This document shows, one piece after another, positions 13,447 through 27,299 of a DNA stretch of 64,000 nt; the stretch's first letter is position 1, and each line of letters opens with the position of its first letter. The stretch comes from Octopus vulgaris (lineage: Eukaryota). The translations under genes were made by a program, and so were the position numbers. The notes under the pieces were generated by a model that saw only the letters and a program-made list of their open reading frames with translations, searched no databases and was not told the origin of the DNA. The DNA is taken from the NCBI GenBank assembly GCA_951406725.2, contig OX597839.1, forward strand, positions 22,568,001 through 22,632,000, given 5' to 3'.

Positions 13447-13860
13447 CGCAGGAGTGGCTGTGTGGTAAGTAGCTTGTCTACCAACCACATGGTTGCGGGT
13501 TCAGTCTCACTGCGTGGCATCTTGGGCAAGTGTCTTCTACTATAGCCTCGGGCCGACCAAAGCCTTGTGAGTGGATTTGGTAGACGGAAACTGAAAGAAG
13601 CCCGTCGTATATATGTATATATATGTATGCGAGTGTGTATTTGTGTGTCTGTGTTTGTCCCCTAGCATTGCTTGTCAACCGATGCTGGTGTGTTTATGTC
13701 CCCATTACTTAGCGGTTTGGCAAAAGAGACTGATAGAATAAGTACTGGGCTTACAAAGAATAAGTCTCGGGGTCGATTTGCTCGTCTAAAGGCGGTGCTC
13801 CAGCATGGCCGCAGTCAAATGACTGAAACAGGTAAAAGAATAAAGAAAGAAAGAAAAGAA
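13447..13860 (+). mobile_element. SINE family A, full length
   Basis: Near-identical to young copies. Confidence 0.9.
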
Positions 13861-14102
13861 TATACTTGCTTTATTAAAAAAGCTGAAAAGACATCACAAA
13901 AAACTGTTACTCAAAGTTTCATGTTCTCATTCGTCTGAGAGATTTGGTTCCAAAACTGTCCGACAAACAGGAACATGAAACTCTGAGTAACAGTTTTTTG
14001 TGATGTCTTTGCAGCTTTATTAATAAAGCATATTACTCTACCTCTGGTATTCGAGTACTATTTTTTCCATCTTGTTTCACATTTATGTGCTTACTCTGTA
14101 TA
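13861..14102 (+). mobile_element. Penelope-like non-autonomous element with ~60-bp inverted duplication and decayed hammerhead cores
   Basis: Arms 13867-13926 / 13971-14030; 3' part homologous to 50704-50850. Confidence 0.55.
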
Positions 14103-14289
14103 AAATCAATTCCAATAAATAAACAGTTCAAATAAACGATTAAAAAAACAAAAAAAATGAAGGTGAGGACATGCACAAGGAATGTATTAACTTGACACTC
14201 AGTGAAAGGAGAGAGTTTTATGTTTCGTGCATAACTCTTTTTCAGTAAGGAGAAAGGGAAGATTACCATAATATTTGTTTTACGTAACA

Positions 14290-14499
14290 AACACCATCTG
14301 GCACCTGTGTCGGTGGCACATAAAAATCACCCAGTACACTCTTGGAGTGGTTGGCGTTAGGAAGGGCATCCAGCTGTAGAAACACTGCCAGATCTGACTG
14401 GCCTGGTGCAGCCTTCGGGCTCCCCAGACCCCAGTTAAACCGTCCAACCCATGCTAGCATGGAAAGCGGACGTTAAACGATGATGATGATGATGATGAT
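14290..14499 (+). mobile_element. RTE-type (GAT)n-tailed retroposon 3' end
   Basis: Homologous to 40465-40674; further relics at 1-82, 1400-1510, 26790-26925, 30090-30180. Confidence 0.8.
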
Positions 14500-16040
14500 A
14501 TAAAGAAGTGCTCAACTATCAAGATACATCTTTCCATTTTATTTATCGCATTTCCTAGTCTCCAAAAGCTGAGAAGAAACCAAAGTTAGTTTTTGGTCCA
14601 TCGAATCAAACTGCAACAAAGAATTGCTTTCCACTGTTTCTGGCAACAAAACTCCAATCATTTGGCTGGAATTTCATATGAATTATTAAGTTATAAAAGC
14701 TTGATTTAATATGCCATCACTCGATTATAGCTTCTACAGACATCGTTACAAAAATGTTTTGGCTATTTAACAAATGAAGATCGTGAAAGAAAAGGCCATC
14801 CATGAACCACTACCCACGCCCTTACCAAACCAAACACGGCAGACAGTTACTGTAAACAAACACTGCAATCAATTGTTGGCAATTCCGGCTTCATTCAATC
14901 AGTTCTGTGTTTCTTTTTGTGATTCCCATCTTCCGTAGAGGTCACTTATAAAGCTCAGCCATTAATCCAGTTTATGGAGTGAAGTTTATTTAAATATTTG
15001 ACATTTATCTAAGAAAAATAAACAAGAAAAACCTCATCAAACAGCTTCAACTGGTCTCTGGCTTTATTTACATACACCAACATTTATTGGATACATAATT
15101 CATTTGCTGTCTCTGCTGTTACCAGATTCAGAATTACACCTCCACTCGTCTGCGAGTGGGCCGTGCCCATCCCAATGGCTGAGGATCGGTAGGGGAGAGG
15201 TCTCGAGCACAAACCAACACTCCTCACCAAACAGTAACTATAAGGAGAATTTCAGAGGCAGGGCAATGAATGAATGAACCTCTAAGAAGTCACTTCTTCT
15301 GCTAGAAATAGCAATTGAAATTACTCATACACTGGTTCAGCTGGAATATCTTTGATCACAGGTCTTACGTGGGAGTGTATATATGTATGTATATACATGT
15401 GCAATCACATATACACACATACACAGGTAGGTACGTATGTGTGTGTGTGTGTGTTTGTGATTGCATACATACATACATACACATACATACATACATACAC
15501 ATACATACATACATACACACACACATACATGCATACATACACATACATACATACACACACACATACATACATACACACACACACACACATACATACATAC
15601 ACACATACATACATGCATGTATGCATACATACATACATACATACATACACACATGCATACATACATACATACACATACATACATACATACACACATACAT
15701 ACATACATAAATACATGCATACATACATACATGTATACATACATACATACATACATACATGCATACATACATACATACATGCATCCATACATACATGAAC
15801 ATGTGTATTAATTAATGCTGCCCTGGGGCTGAAGAACTTCTAAAACAATGAAGAATTTATTCTCTGTAGATATTGCAGTAATATCTCATCTGAATTCTTT
15901 AAATCGTGTATACATACATTACACACACACACACACACACAGACACATATGTATGTATATGCATGCGAGTGCATGTGCGTGTGTGTACATAAAGCATGCA
16001 CACATATATACATACACTTGCATATATAACACACACACGT

Positions 16041-16071
<31 letters not shown>

Positions 16072-16579
16072 GTGTGAAAACAAAGAAAGCAAAACCAAAA
16101 CGATTGACAAGTTTCTCTGTGTTGCCATAAGAAAAAGACAATCTCAGAAATAACATGTCTCATTTAACAACCATCAAAATAGGCAGAGGTGGGGGGAAGA
16201 ACCATTAAATTGGAAAATGAAAGAGTAAGAATCTGTGGCAAGAGGGGAAAGGAGGAGGAGAGTAGAGCAGAAGAAGGGTTGCTGCAGCTAAATGATAATA
16301 ATGAAAGCGAAACGGTTGATATCTTCATGTTTGAGTCGAGAGGAGAAAAAATTGGAGCAAAACCGTTATTGGCAAAGCTGGGAAAAGTATTAAAACCGTT
16401 CATTGGAAACTATGAAGAGATTGGTAGTAAATAAAGGCAGATTTATATAAAGGGCCTGACTTAGAATTTCTGGTTGTTCGTTTTCAATAAATATTTACAA
16501 TAGTTTCTCAAGATAAGAGACATTAATGTAGATCAGCGGTTCTCAATGAGGGTTTATATTATTATCCTTTGGGGTTCAT

Positions 16580-16978
16580 ACTCTTACTCTTTTACTTGTT
16601 TCAGTCATTTGACTGCGGCCACGCTGGAGCACCACCTTTAATCGAGCAACTCGACCCCGAGACTTATTCTTTTTGTAAGCCCAGTACTTATTCTATCGGT
16701 CTCTTTTTGCCGAACCGCTAAGCGACGGGGACATAAACACACCAGCATCGGTTGTCAAGCAATGCTAGGGGGACAAACACACACACATACATATACATAT
16801 ATATACATATATACGACAGGCTTCTTTCAGTTTCCGTCTACCAAATCCACTCACAAGGCATTGGTCGGCCCGGGGCTATAGCAGAAGACACTTGCCCAAG
16901 ATGCCACGCAGTGGGACTGAATCCGGAACCATGTGTTTGGTAAGCAAGCTACTTACCACACAGCCATTCCTGTGCCTA
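16580..16978 (-). mobile_element. SINE family A flanked by a 105-bp direct duplication
   Basis: Full copy; flanks 16473-16577 and 16979-17083 read identical. Confidence 0.9.
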
Positions 16979-17039
16979 GTTGTTCGTTTTCAATAAATAT
17001 TTACAATAGTTTCTCAAGATAAGAGACATTAATGTAGAT

Positions 17040-17910
17040 CAGCGGTTCTCAATGAGGGTTTATATTATTATCCTTTGGGGTTCGTGCAAGATTTTGTTGC
17101 TAAAATTTATGTGCAATAAATTGGTTAAATCCCTAGAATAAGCAAAATCCCTAGAATAAACAAAATATTTTAACTTGTTTTTTTTTTCATACAATTCCTC
17201 GTGTGGCTGTGTGGTAAGATGCTTGCTTTCCAAACACATAGTTCTGGGTTCAGTCCCGTTGCGTGGCACCTTGGACAAGTGTCTTCTACTATAGCCTTGG
17301 TCTGACCAAAGCTCTGTGATTGAATTTGGTAGATAGAAACTGAAAGAAGCCTATCATATATATATGTACTCTGTGTGTGTGTATGTTTGTCCCCCTCCCC
17401 ACCATCGCTTGACAACCGATATTGGTGTGTTTATGTCCCTGTAACTTAGCGGTTTGGCAAAAGTGACCAATAGAATAAGTACTAGGCTTACAAAGAATAA
17501 GTCCTAGGATTGATTTGTTTGACAAAAGGCAGTGCTCTAGCATGGCCACAGTCAAATGATTGAAACAAATAAAAGAATATATGTGTGTGTGTCCTTGTGT
17601 CTGTTTGTCCCCCATCACCGCTTGACAACTGGTGTTGGTGTGTTTACATCCCCATAACTTAGTGGTTCGGCAAAATTGACCAGTAAAGTAAGTACGAGAC
17701 TTAAAAAATAAGTCCGGGGGTGGGGGGGCGATTTGCTTGACTAAAACCTTTCAAGGTGGTGATCCAGTATGGCCACAGTCAAGTGACTGAAACAAGTTAA
17801 AGAATAAAAAGAATGGGTCTTTTGTTAAACATTGAACGTCTACGAGGGTCCTGTAGTGTAAAATAGGATTCAGAAGGGGTCGGTAGAGAGAAAAGGGTTA
17901 AGAAACACTG
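17040..17910. mobile_element. hAT-type MITE split by SINE A
   Basis: CAGCGGTTCTCAA...TTAAGAAACACTG; flanks atgtagat / ttgtagac. Confidence 0.55.
17200..17812 (+). mobile_element. SINE family A plus a tandem second 3' half
   Basis: Full copy 17200-17580 followed by a repeated 3' module 17585-17812. Confidence 0.85.
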
Positions 17911-18514
17911 TTGTAGACCCTGTTTCTGTATTCAAGCAAGGGTTGTAATGGCGGAGAGAGAAAAACGTTTGAGATTAAACGAAGCAGAGGGTCAGAAGGG
18001 AAAGCATAATATTGAAGTATAAAAGAACAGAAATGAACAGAGGCCTTGTAAGCTACAGGGGCCTTGACGAGGGACTACTTCTCTGTCTGTCTGTCTGTCT
18101 GTCTCTCACTCTCTAGTGCTGGTGATATGATAAACGATCCAAGTTTATTGTAAAGGAGTTGGTGGGGAATAAGCAGGGCAGCTAATAGTAAAAAGTACCA
18201 CGTTAAGGAAAGGAATGGAGGAAAGTGAAGTGTAAGATGGAAGGGACAATTGGGGTCAATGTAGAAAGTCAACCGGGCAGTTAAAATAGTTGAGTGTTTA
18301 TCATCGGAGACACTTTGGACCAGCAATTAGCCTCAATTCAAATCAGCAAATTTCCATTGTTTTGTGGTTGGCACTACCAGAATCTCCAAAGTGCTGTATT
18401 GGAGTGATACAATGTGGTTAGTGGGTACACTAACTTCTAAGTGCTGTACTATATTGATGTCAGTTATTAAGACTTGAAATATAAAATTGCTGAAACAAAA
18501 ACACACAAACTATA

Positions 18515-18702
18515 CAGGGTGTCCATAAAATTACCTTTACAGTTTGAAAAATTCAGAAAAAAAAACATAAAAGGGACACTGCAGCAGGTTGTGTGTAACT
18601 TTAATTCTTTGCCTATGTTTTCCAATAAACACTGCAAAGTTATCCGTATTTTTCATTTTGATCTGAATTTTTCAAATTGAAAACATAATTTATGGACACT
18701 GT
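18515..18702. mobile_element. Mariner-type MITE
   Basis: tacagggtgtccataaa...tttatggacactgtgta inverted ends; a related copy follows (~18705-19317, split by SINE A). Confidence 0.7.
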
Positions 18703-18819
18703 GTATACACGACGATGTTCATAAATTATCTTTACAACCTCCATAATTTATCATTTAGATGTGTGCAACCAATGGCGCCAACGCTGAAATGTTCTGCTGT
18801 TTCTACTAAAACATTATTT

Positions 18820-19217
18820 ACTCTTACTCTTTTACTAGTTTCAGTCATTTGACTGCGGCCATGCTGGAGCACCGCCTTTAGTCGAGCAAATCGACCCCGG
18901 GACTTATTCTTTGTAAGCCCAGTACTTATTCTATCGGTCTCTTTTGCTGAACCACTAAGTGGTACGGGGACGTAAACACACCAGCATTGGTTGTCAAGCA
19001 ATGCTAGGGGGACAAACACAGACACACAAACATACACACACATACATATATATATACATATATACGACAGGCTTCTTTCAGTTTCCGTCTACCAAATCCA
19101 CTCACAAGGCATTGGTCGGCCCGGGGCTATAGCAGAAGACACTTGCCCAAGATGCCACGCAGTGGGACTGAACCCGGAACCATGTGGTTGGTTAGCAAGG
19201 TACTTACCACACAGCCA
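18820..19217 (-). mobile_element. SINE family A nested in a mariner-type MITE
   Basis: Near-identical to young copies. Confidence 0.9.
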
Positions 19218-19678
19218 CGTTGTCAATGTTTTTCAATAAACTCTGTAGAGTTATTCTCATTTGTAATTTTACCCTGAATTTTCAAAATTGTAAAAAGGTC
19301 ATTTACGGACAACCTGTATTATTGAAAGTATATATCCCTATTCAACTCCAGTCCGTTTCCATTTGAATGGAGCACTTTAAGTCAAAGAATGGCCTGTTGA
19401 GCTGTGGTAATTGTTTATAACAGCAGTTGGAAGATTAGAGGTTTAGAGTTAGTAGTCGTTGGGTATGACTAATGTAACCTGGTCCCAGTTATTGGCCGGC
19501 TCCTGTACCCCAGAGACACAGAAAACTACTTTATCCAGTAATAACATGTACAGCAACGTTTTGCCTGTATATATGTCAATTTAAATGAACTTCTACCACA
19601 CGTAGAATGTATAAAGGGTAAAAGAAATGTATATGTGTTGCATGTATATATATTATGTACACACACACACACAGATTT

Positions 19679-19769
<91 letters not shown>

Positions 19770-19798
19770 TTACATACACACATATATACATATATTTA

Positions 19799-19838
<40 letters not shown>

Positions 19839-19970
19839 TTTTAATACATATCTGTATACATTTCATGTATATATATATATACACACACAAACACACACAT
19901 ACATATATTACATAGAAATATTCAATGCATACATACAAACATATTACACACACACACACACACAGATATG

Positions 19971-20005
<35 letters not shown>

Positions 20006-21129
20006 GCATACGCACGCATGTAGCACTTTGTTGAAATTAGTTCTTATTTACTGGTCGAGCAATTGAAACTCGAGAAAGAATTTTTGGTCGAGTTTGCCAG
20101 TAACACATGTTTCTAATAACTTAACAGCCGATAGTGATAGAACCGAAGAGAAATAATAACACCCGTGCCGATGGTTAATGCCAGCAGCCTCCGGCAGGGC
20201 TATTGGTATCAGTCGCTCGTAATCTCCTTAGATTAATTCTAAAGAACATCTCAAACGAAATGATATAAAATCGGATAACATTAAAAACCAATTAAGTCTA
20301 ATCAGAAAAGATGAGAATTCGGAGGGAAATAAAGATGAAGAGTTGGACTGAATGAGGTGACGAGGGGGAGGGATAGGTGGCGGGGTAAAGGATGGGTGGA
20401 GATGACACTGCTTCAAGACGAAGAAATTCAAGAAAAGTGCAAATGAAATGCAGTAGAATATGAATGAATGAAATGAATGAAAGAAAGAAACAGAAGAAGA
20501 AGAAAAAGAAAACAAATTCTTAAAGAAAAGAACTGTCGCTGTTTCAAAACTAAATTAACAGTAGTAAGATGGTACTTTAACAATGCTCCAAATTAAATTA
20601 AAATTTTAAGTAGTTAAGAGAAAACTTGTTAAGATCATCTCCACCCTGTTCTTAGATGTATAAATAAATATAATAAGCAATGTACGTATTTGAAGAATTT
20701 ATATTCTTGACAGGAAAGTGTTACAAGTATTTTATTTAATTTTGTTAGGAAATACAGTTAAAAGGAAAATATAATTCTGAGATTCTGGTGTAAATTAATG
20801 GTTAACATGGACATGTATATATGGCAGATGAAGCATAAGGAAGCATGTTGCTGGGAAAAATATACTTTCAGAGCAGAAATCTCTGAGGAATGGTGGGTAG
20901 AAGCCTTAATGGCCACAGAGTGCACATAAGCGTGATCATCAATCAAATACCAATATATCAAATTGCAATATAAAAAAAAAATTAGTTCATCCTCTGGGAA
21001 TTAATGATGCATTTTTCTCAGTTGATGCTGGAAGAGATTCCATCATTTTCAGCAACAAAGATGGGGGTTGGAAGAACTTTAACGAGAAATTAGGTTTGAA
21101 ACGATACAGTCATTATGCCACAGTAATCA

Positions 21130-21518
21130 TTTACTTGTTTTAGTCAGTTGACTGTGGCCATTCTGGAGCACAGGCTTGAAGGGTTTTAGTCAAGCAAATC
21201 GAACCCAGGACTTGGTTTTTAAGCTAAGTACTTATTTTATCGGTTTCTTCTGTCAAACTGCTAGGTTACAAGTACATAAACACACCAACACTTATTGTCA
21301 AGCAGTGATGGGAGGACAAACAGACACACTCAGATACATATGCACACACACACACACAGATATATACATATATATGATGGGCTTCTTTCAGTGTCCGTCT
21401 ACTAAATCAGGTTGGCGTGAGCCTATAGTAGAAGACATTTGTCCAAGGTGCCATGCAGTGAGACTGAACCTGGAGCCATGTGGTTGGGAAGCAAGCTTCT
21501 TACCACACAGCCATGCCT
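21130..21518 (-). mobile_element. SINE family A (diverged)
   Basis: Sequence similarity to family A. Confidence 0.8.
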
Positions 21519-21647
21519 TTTGAAAATATAAAATGTGTTCTACTAATCCAGGAAGAAGATGTTTTAACCTTACAATACCTATATTATTATGCCCCATCTC
21601 AGAAGGTGGCAAGCTGGCAGAATCGTTAGCATACCGGGCATAATGCT

Positions 21648-21985
21648 TAGACCCCCTTCGGTCATGACTGACCATGGGATTACACCTAGAAAGTTACCCT
21701 CCATGGCACAAGTCTGGGCAAAGTTGTTTATGGAAGACCAGCAGTTGCCCATGCATACCAGTCTCTCCTCTCCAAACCACTGATGTTGTCCAAGGGAAAG
21801 GCAAAGGGGCCAATACAGCTTGGCACCAGTGACATCACAACTCACTTCTACAGATGAGTAAACTGGAGCAACGTGAAATAAAGTGTCTTGCCCAAGAACA
21901 CAACACACAGCCTGGTCTGGGAATTGAACTCACTACTTCATGGTTGTGAGCCTGATGCTCTAACCACTGAGCCATGTGCCTTCAC
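21648..21985 (-). mobile_element. tRNA-derived SINE (third type) with RTE-like 3' end, abutting a family-B head (21602-21648)
   Basis: GGCACATGGCTCAGTGGTTAG / GAGTTCAATTCC boxes, cttgggcaagacact core. Confidence 0.8.
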
Positions 21986-22532
21986 AAAGCTGTGAGATAC
22001 TGCATGATTAATTCAAAACGATGAGACTAAAGAGACATTTCATCTGACAGATTAGTAAAAACTAGGAGAGTCGAGAGTTGGAGGGTATTTTGCCTTCTGA
22101 GGTCATCGTTGTTGTTTAACCCTCCACCAACTCTAACTGAGCAGACCCATGATCAAAAGGTAGCATTCCAGCCACGATCACCCCAACTTTTCAGTTAGAG
22201 GGTTCATCAGGATGTGATTTGCAGGAGATTTGACTGCTCTTTCTGGCAACCACTTTGGTGTTCTTTTATTGCAAATGAAGGCTGGTATATGCCATGGCTG
22301 CTTCAGATTGTTCTCAGAGGTAAACGGCTGATTGAAGTTAGTTCATACTGCAAGAGTTGGCACACGTGTGTGTGTGTGGTATATATATATTGAGAGAGAG
22401 AGAGAGAGAGTGAGAGAGAGAGGGGGGAGAGAGAGAGTGAGTGAGTGTGATATATATATTGAGAGAGAGAGAGAGAGAGAGAGGGGGGAGAGAGAGAGTG
22501 TGTGTGTGATATATATATTGAGAGAGAGAGAG

Positions 22533-22588
<56 letters not shown>

Positions 22589-22932
22589 GTGAGATGTGGG
22601 TATTTCTAACATGAAACAGTTGCGGAGGAAATAAACTGTGTTTGGTGTTCGAGAGAGGGAGAGTGGATAGGGGCAGGAGAAGACAAGGGTGATGGAAAAA
22701 CAAACAGACAGAACGGGTTTAAATGGCAAAAGGTGGAGAACGAAGAACAAGAGACGAGAAGCACAAAAGACAATTTTAGCAGCAAGATGCAGAATAAGAC
22801 AGAGAATTGACACATCTTTGAGAGTGGAACCGGCAACAGAATGGTTACATTTCAGGTTTGCTGCCTTGATTAACATCAATCTACAATGTGTGTGTGTGTA
22901 TATGTATATATATGTGTGTGTGTGTATCTATG

Positions 22933-22963
<31 letters not shown>

Positions 22964-23132
22964 ATGTATATGTGTGTGTGTATATATATATATATATGTG
23001 TGTGTGTGTATGTATGTATATGTGTGTGTGTGTATGCATATATGTGTGTGTGTGTGTATGTATATATATATGTGTGTGTGTGTATGCATATATATATATG
23101 TGTGTGTGTGTATGTATATATGTGTGTGTATG

Positions 23133-23165
<33 letters not shown>

Positions 23166-23820
23166 ATGTATATATATATATATAATAGGCGTATATGATA
23201 TGTCTATATATGATAGGTGTATACTATACGTGTGTGTATATATAATGAGTGTATATATGTCGACATGTACATATGATAGGTGTATACAATGTCTGTGTGT
23301 ATATATGATAGGTGTATATAATATGCCAGTATGTGTGTGTATATGATAAATGTACACAGCATGACTGTATGTGCATATGTGGCAGGCATATGCAACATGT
23401 CTGCGTGTATATATGATAGGTGTATATAATACGTCTAAGTGTATAGATATACGATGGGTTATCTACGATTCCAGCTGTGTGAACAGTTATTGTACAACAA
23501 AGTCTATCTGGGGCTATTTATTAAGGTTTGGGACTAAAGCATTTTGGGTTGTAAAAATAAAACCCAGTCTTTGTGATGTAATCTTGGATATACAATACAC
23601 ACACACACACACACACACACGTGGTTACCGTAATAGGTGAGAATCTAATGAGTTTAGCAGTGTATTGTTGATGAGATGCGTATGAAAGTGGGTTTGAAGT
23701 TTCACAATTTAACGTCGGCCGTTAGTGTTAATAACGAGGGTTTTGCAAATCTGCAGAAGCAGAAACTAATATGATGCTACATATGGTTCATATATATATA
23801 TATCTATACATACATCTATC

Positions 23821-23855
<35 letters not shown>

Positions 23856-23857
<2 letters not shown>

Positions 23858-24256
23858 TTACTCTTTACTCTTTTACTTGTTTCAGTCATTTGATTGTGGC
23901 CATGCTGGAGCACCGCCTTTAGTCGAGCAAATCGACCCCTGGGACTTATTCTTTGTAAGCCCAGTACTTATTCTATCGGTCTCTTTTGCCGAACCGCTAA
24001 GTGACAGGGACGTAAACACACCAGCATCAGTTGTCAAGCAATGCTAGGGGGACAAACACGCACACATATATATATATATATATACATATATACGACGGGC
24101 TTCTTTCAGTTTCCGTCTACCAAATCCACTCAGAAGTCTTTGGTCGGCCCGAGGCTATAGTAGAAGACACTTGCCCAAGGTGCCACGCAGTGGGACTGAA
24201 CCCGGAACCATGTGGTTGGCAAGCAAGCTACTTACCACACAGCCACTCCTGCGCCT
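23856..24256 (-). mobile_element. SINE family A, full length
   Basis: Near-identical to young copies. Confidence 0.9.
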
Positions 24257-24727
24257 ATATATATATATAAAAAAATAAATATGTGTGTGTGTGTCTGTTG
24301 TTACGGAAAGTACTGCAAACGTGTTGCAATTTGGAAAGAAGGAGTTAATTATAAATTTGTTGCAAGCAAACAAGATGGAGAGGACAAAATCCTGGTTATC
24401 AGAAATGGGAGTTGGTATTTACGCGATAGCCATGGAACTGATTAAGTAAATGGCTTGGTGGGTGGGTGGGTGGCTGAGTGGGGGGACTATGATGGAATGA
24501 CATATTAAATATCAAGATATGATAAGATATGAAGAAAACTACATATTAAAAAAAAAAAGTCCTTCCATAAAAAAGTGAAAAAGTCTTAAATTTGCCAATG
24601 AGAAGAAACGAACTAATCTAATTAAGGACTATATTGAGAGCAGCAATTAGTAAAAGCAGGACATTATTTTTTCTTTCTGGAAGATATTTAAAAATAATAA
24701 CTAAATGTTATAACTAAAAATAATAAC

Positions 24728-25101
24728 TAGGCGCGAGAGTGGCTGTGTGGTAAGTAGCTTGCTAACCAACCACATGGTTCCGGGTTCAGTCCCACTGCGT
24801 GGCATCTTGGGCAAGTGTCTTCTGCTATAGCCCCAGGCTGACCAATGCCTTGTGAGTGGATTTGGTAGACGGAAACTGAAAGAAGCCTGTCACATATATG
24901 TATATATATATATGTGTGTGTGTGTGTGTCTGTGTTTGTCCCCCTATCATTGCTTGACAACCGATGCTGGTGTGTTTACGTCCCCGTACCACTTAGTGGT
25001 TCGGCAAAAAGAGACCGATAGAATAAGTACTAAAGGCGGTGCTCCAGCATGGCCGCAGTCAAATGACTGAAACAAGTAAAAGAGTAAAAGAGTAAAGAGT
25101 A
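24728..25101 (+). mobile_element. SINE family A with internal deletion
   Basis: Joins 'aataagtact' directly to 'aaaggcggtg', lacking the segment between them. Confidence 0.9.
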
Positions 25102-25104
25102 AAT

Positions 25105-25324
25105 GTAATTATCCTTCCTACTAAAGGGAGAAGGCCTGAAATTTTGGTGGAAGAGGTAGAAAGTTGATTACATTGACCCCAGGGCTAAACTGGTTCTTAT
25201 TTCTTTGAAGCTGAAAGGATGAAAGGCAAAGTCGACATTGGTGAAATTTGAACCCAGAATGTAAAAATGAACGAAATGCCGCCAAGCATTTTGCCTGGGG
25301 TTCTAGCCATTCTATGAGTTCACT

Positions 25325-25374
<50 letters not shown>

Positions 25375-25578
25375 CCTTTCTACTAAAGGCACAAGGCCTG
25401 AAATTTGGGGAGAGGGGACTAGTCAATTAGATTGATCCTAGTGTCTCACTGGTACTTAATTTATTGACCCTGAAAGGATGAAAGGCAAAGTCAACCATGA
25501 CCGAATTTAGTGATAGGTGAAACACTGCCAAGCATTTAACCTGGCATGCTAACGATTCTGCCAGCTCGTCACCTTATA
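25105..25578 (-). mobile_element. Two tandem SINE family B copies (ATT-tail subtype) joined by (TAA)n
   Basis: Two B cores, each ending in caggcct...tagtag.aaggattatt. Confidence 0.8.
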
Positions 25579-25817
25579 AGTCAGGCTATCAAAGATTAGA
25601 AACACTTGACCAAATCATAGAACACACCTGCATCAGTTGTCAAGTGATGGAAGTGGGCACACAGTGGGACTGAACCTGGAACCATGTGGTTGGGAAGCAA
25701 GCTTCTTATCAGACAGCTACTCAAAAGTCACAACAAGCATGTAATGTTCTGCGATCTTTTCGGTTGCAGCCACAGATTAGGAAATTTTAAAATCAAATAA
25801 AAATCTTCAAGTTTTGT

Positions 25818-26025
25818 ACTCTCTTTTCTCTTTTACTTGTTTCAGTCATTTGACTGCGGCCATGCTGGAGCACCGCCTTTAATCGAGCAACTCGACCCCA
25901 GGACTTATTCTTTTGTAAGCCCAGTACTTATTCTATTGGTCTATTTTGCCGAACTGCTAAGTAATGGGGATGTAAACACACCAGCATCGGTTGTCAAGCA
26001 ATGCTAGGGGGACAAACAGACACAC

Positions 26026-26061
<36 letters not shown>

Positions 26062-26223
26062 GACAGGCTTCTTTCAGTTTCCGTCTACCAAATCCACTCA
26101 CAAGGCTTTGGTCGGCCCGGGCTATAGCAGAAGACACTTGCCCAAGATGCCACGCAGTGGGACTGAACCCAGAACTATGTGGTTGTTTAGCAAGCTACTT
26201 ACCACACAGCCACTCCTGCGCCT
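25818..26223 (-). mobile_element. SINE family A, full length
   Basis: Near-identical to young copies. Confidence 0.9.
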
Positions 26224-27216
26224 GTATATTGATAAAAAAAAAAAAAGGGTTTAGAAAAGTGCTTCGGAGGTTCAAAGTTTGATTGTTTTTAGTTTATTCA
26301 GAAAACAAGGACCTGGAGCTTCACATTTTCTGCGTGATAGCCATCTGCTCACAAAATGATGGGCAGAAATAATACAGGCACCAAAATGATAATTTGTGGA
26401 GGTGGTCGTGGTGGGAAGTGTCAGAGCTGTGCAGTACAGCATCTTCGATACAATGAAAATAGGGATGACTACAGCTTTGCTTGTTACTATGGAAACCAAC
26501 ACTAATGTGAGATTTATAGTCATGTGTATAAAATGGTGGCTTCTGATTGGCTAAAATCACCTGAAATTTACAAACTTTAAAAGCTATGAAACTTTTTATT
26601 AACTTATGACAACAATGAATTTCATTTTCATAATTAGCAAACAAAACTTAATTGGTATAAGCAAATTTGAAAACAATTCAAATTAAATTGAAAAAATACA
26701 AAATCTGTGACAGCAACCAAAAAAATTCCATGTCCTGTTGGTATTTCTCTTGTCAATAAATGTTCCATTTGCTTCATGTCTCTGAAGCTAGGTGGAATAA
26801 GAGATCCCTTATTTGGAAAAACAGGTATGGGTTAGTTACAGGAAAGAAGGGCATCTGGCTATAGAACAGTGCCGCAGTGGCATATTCCTCAAACCCATAC
26901 CAGCATGGTTAAACAGAAGTAAAACAAATGAACAAAAAGAGACCACCCCTCCTGAAACCGTTGAGCACCCATCTTGAAATACTTGATTACATATCTAGCA
27001 ATTGATAAGATCCCTACCTAAAAGTAGATGATTGCTGTTCCAAAAATACTTAATCATACATCTAGAAATAGGTGACCATCCATCCAGAAATTATGTGGTC
27101 ACCCATCCAGAAATTATTAGAACATCCAACTATCAGTGACAGATTCCATTAATCTTTACAAGTTGGTATTTCTTAAATCAGGAATATATAAACCTATCTT
27201 ACAACTACTCCCTTAC

Positions 27217-27250
27217 CTCTAAAGCAATCTCCCAGTTTTTCTTCTTCAGC
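27217..27250 (-). CDS. Candidate 34-nt internal exon (LKKKNWEIALE after a phase-2 donor, or AEEEKLGDCFR)
   Basis: tttttttgtatttttag| acceptor, purine-rich GAAGAAGA body, GAG|GTAAGG donor. Confidence 0.3.
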
Positions 27251-27299
27251 CTAAAAATACAAAAAAACTATCTTGGAGGTGTAAAAAAAAAAAAAGTAT

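Noticed and set aside
16164-16434. Overlapping 79-aa and 81-aa ORFs in unique sequence
   Set aside because: No recognisable domain or supporting splice signals.
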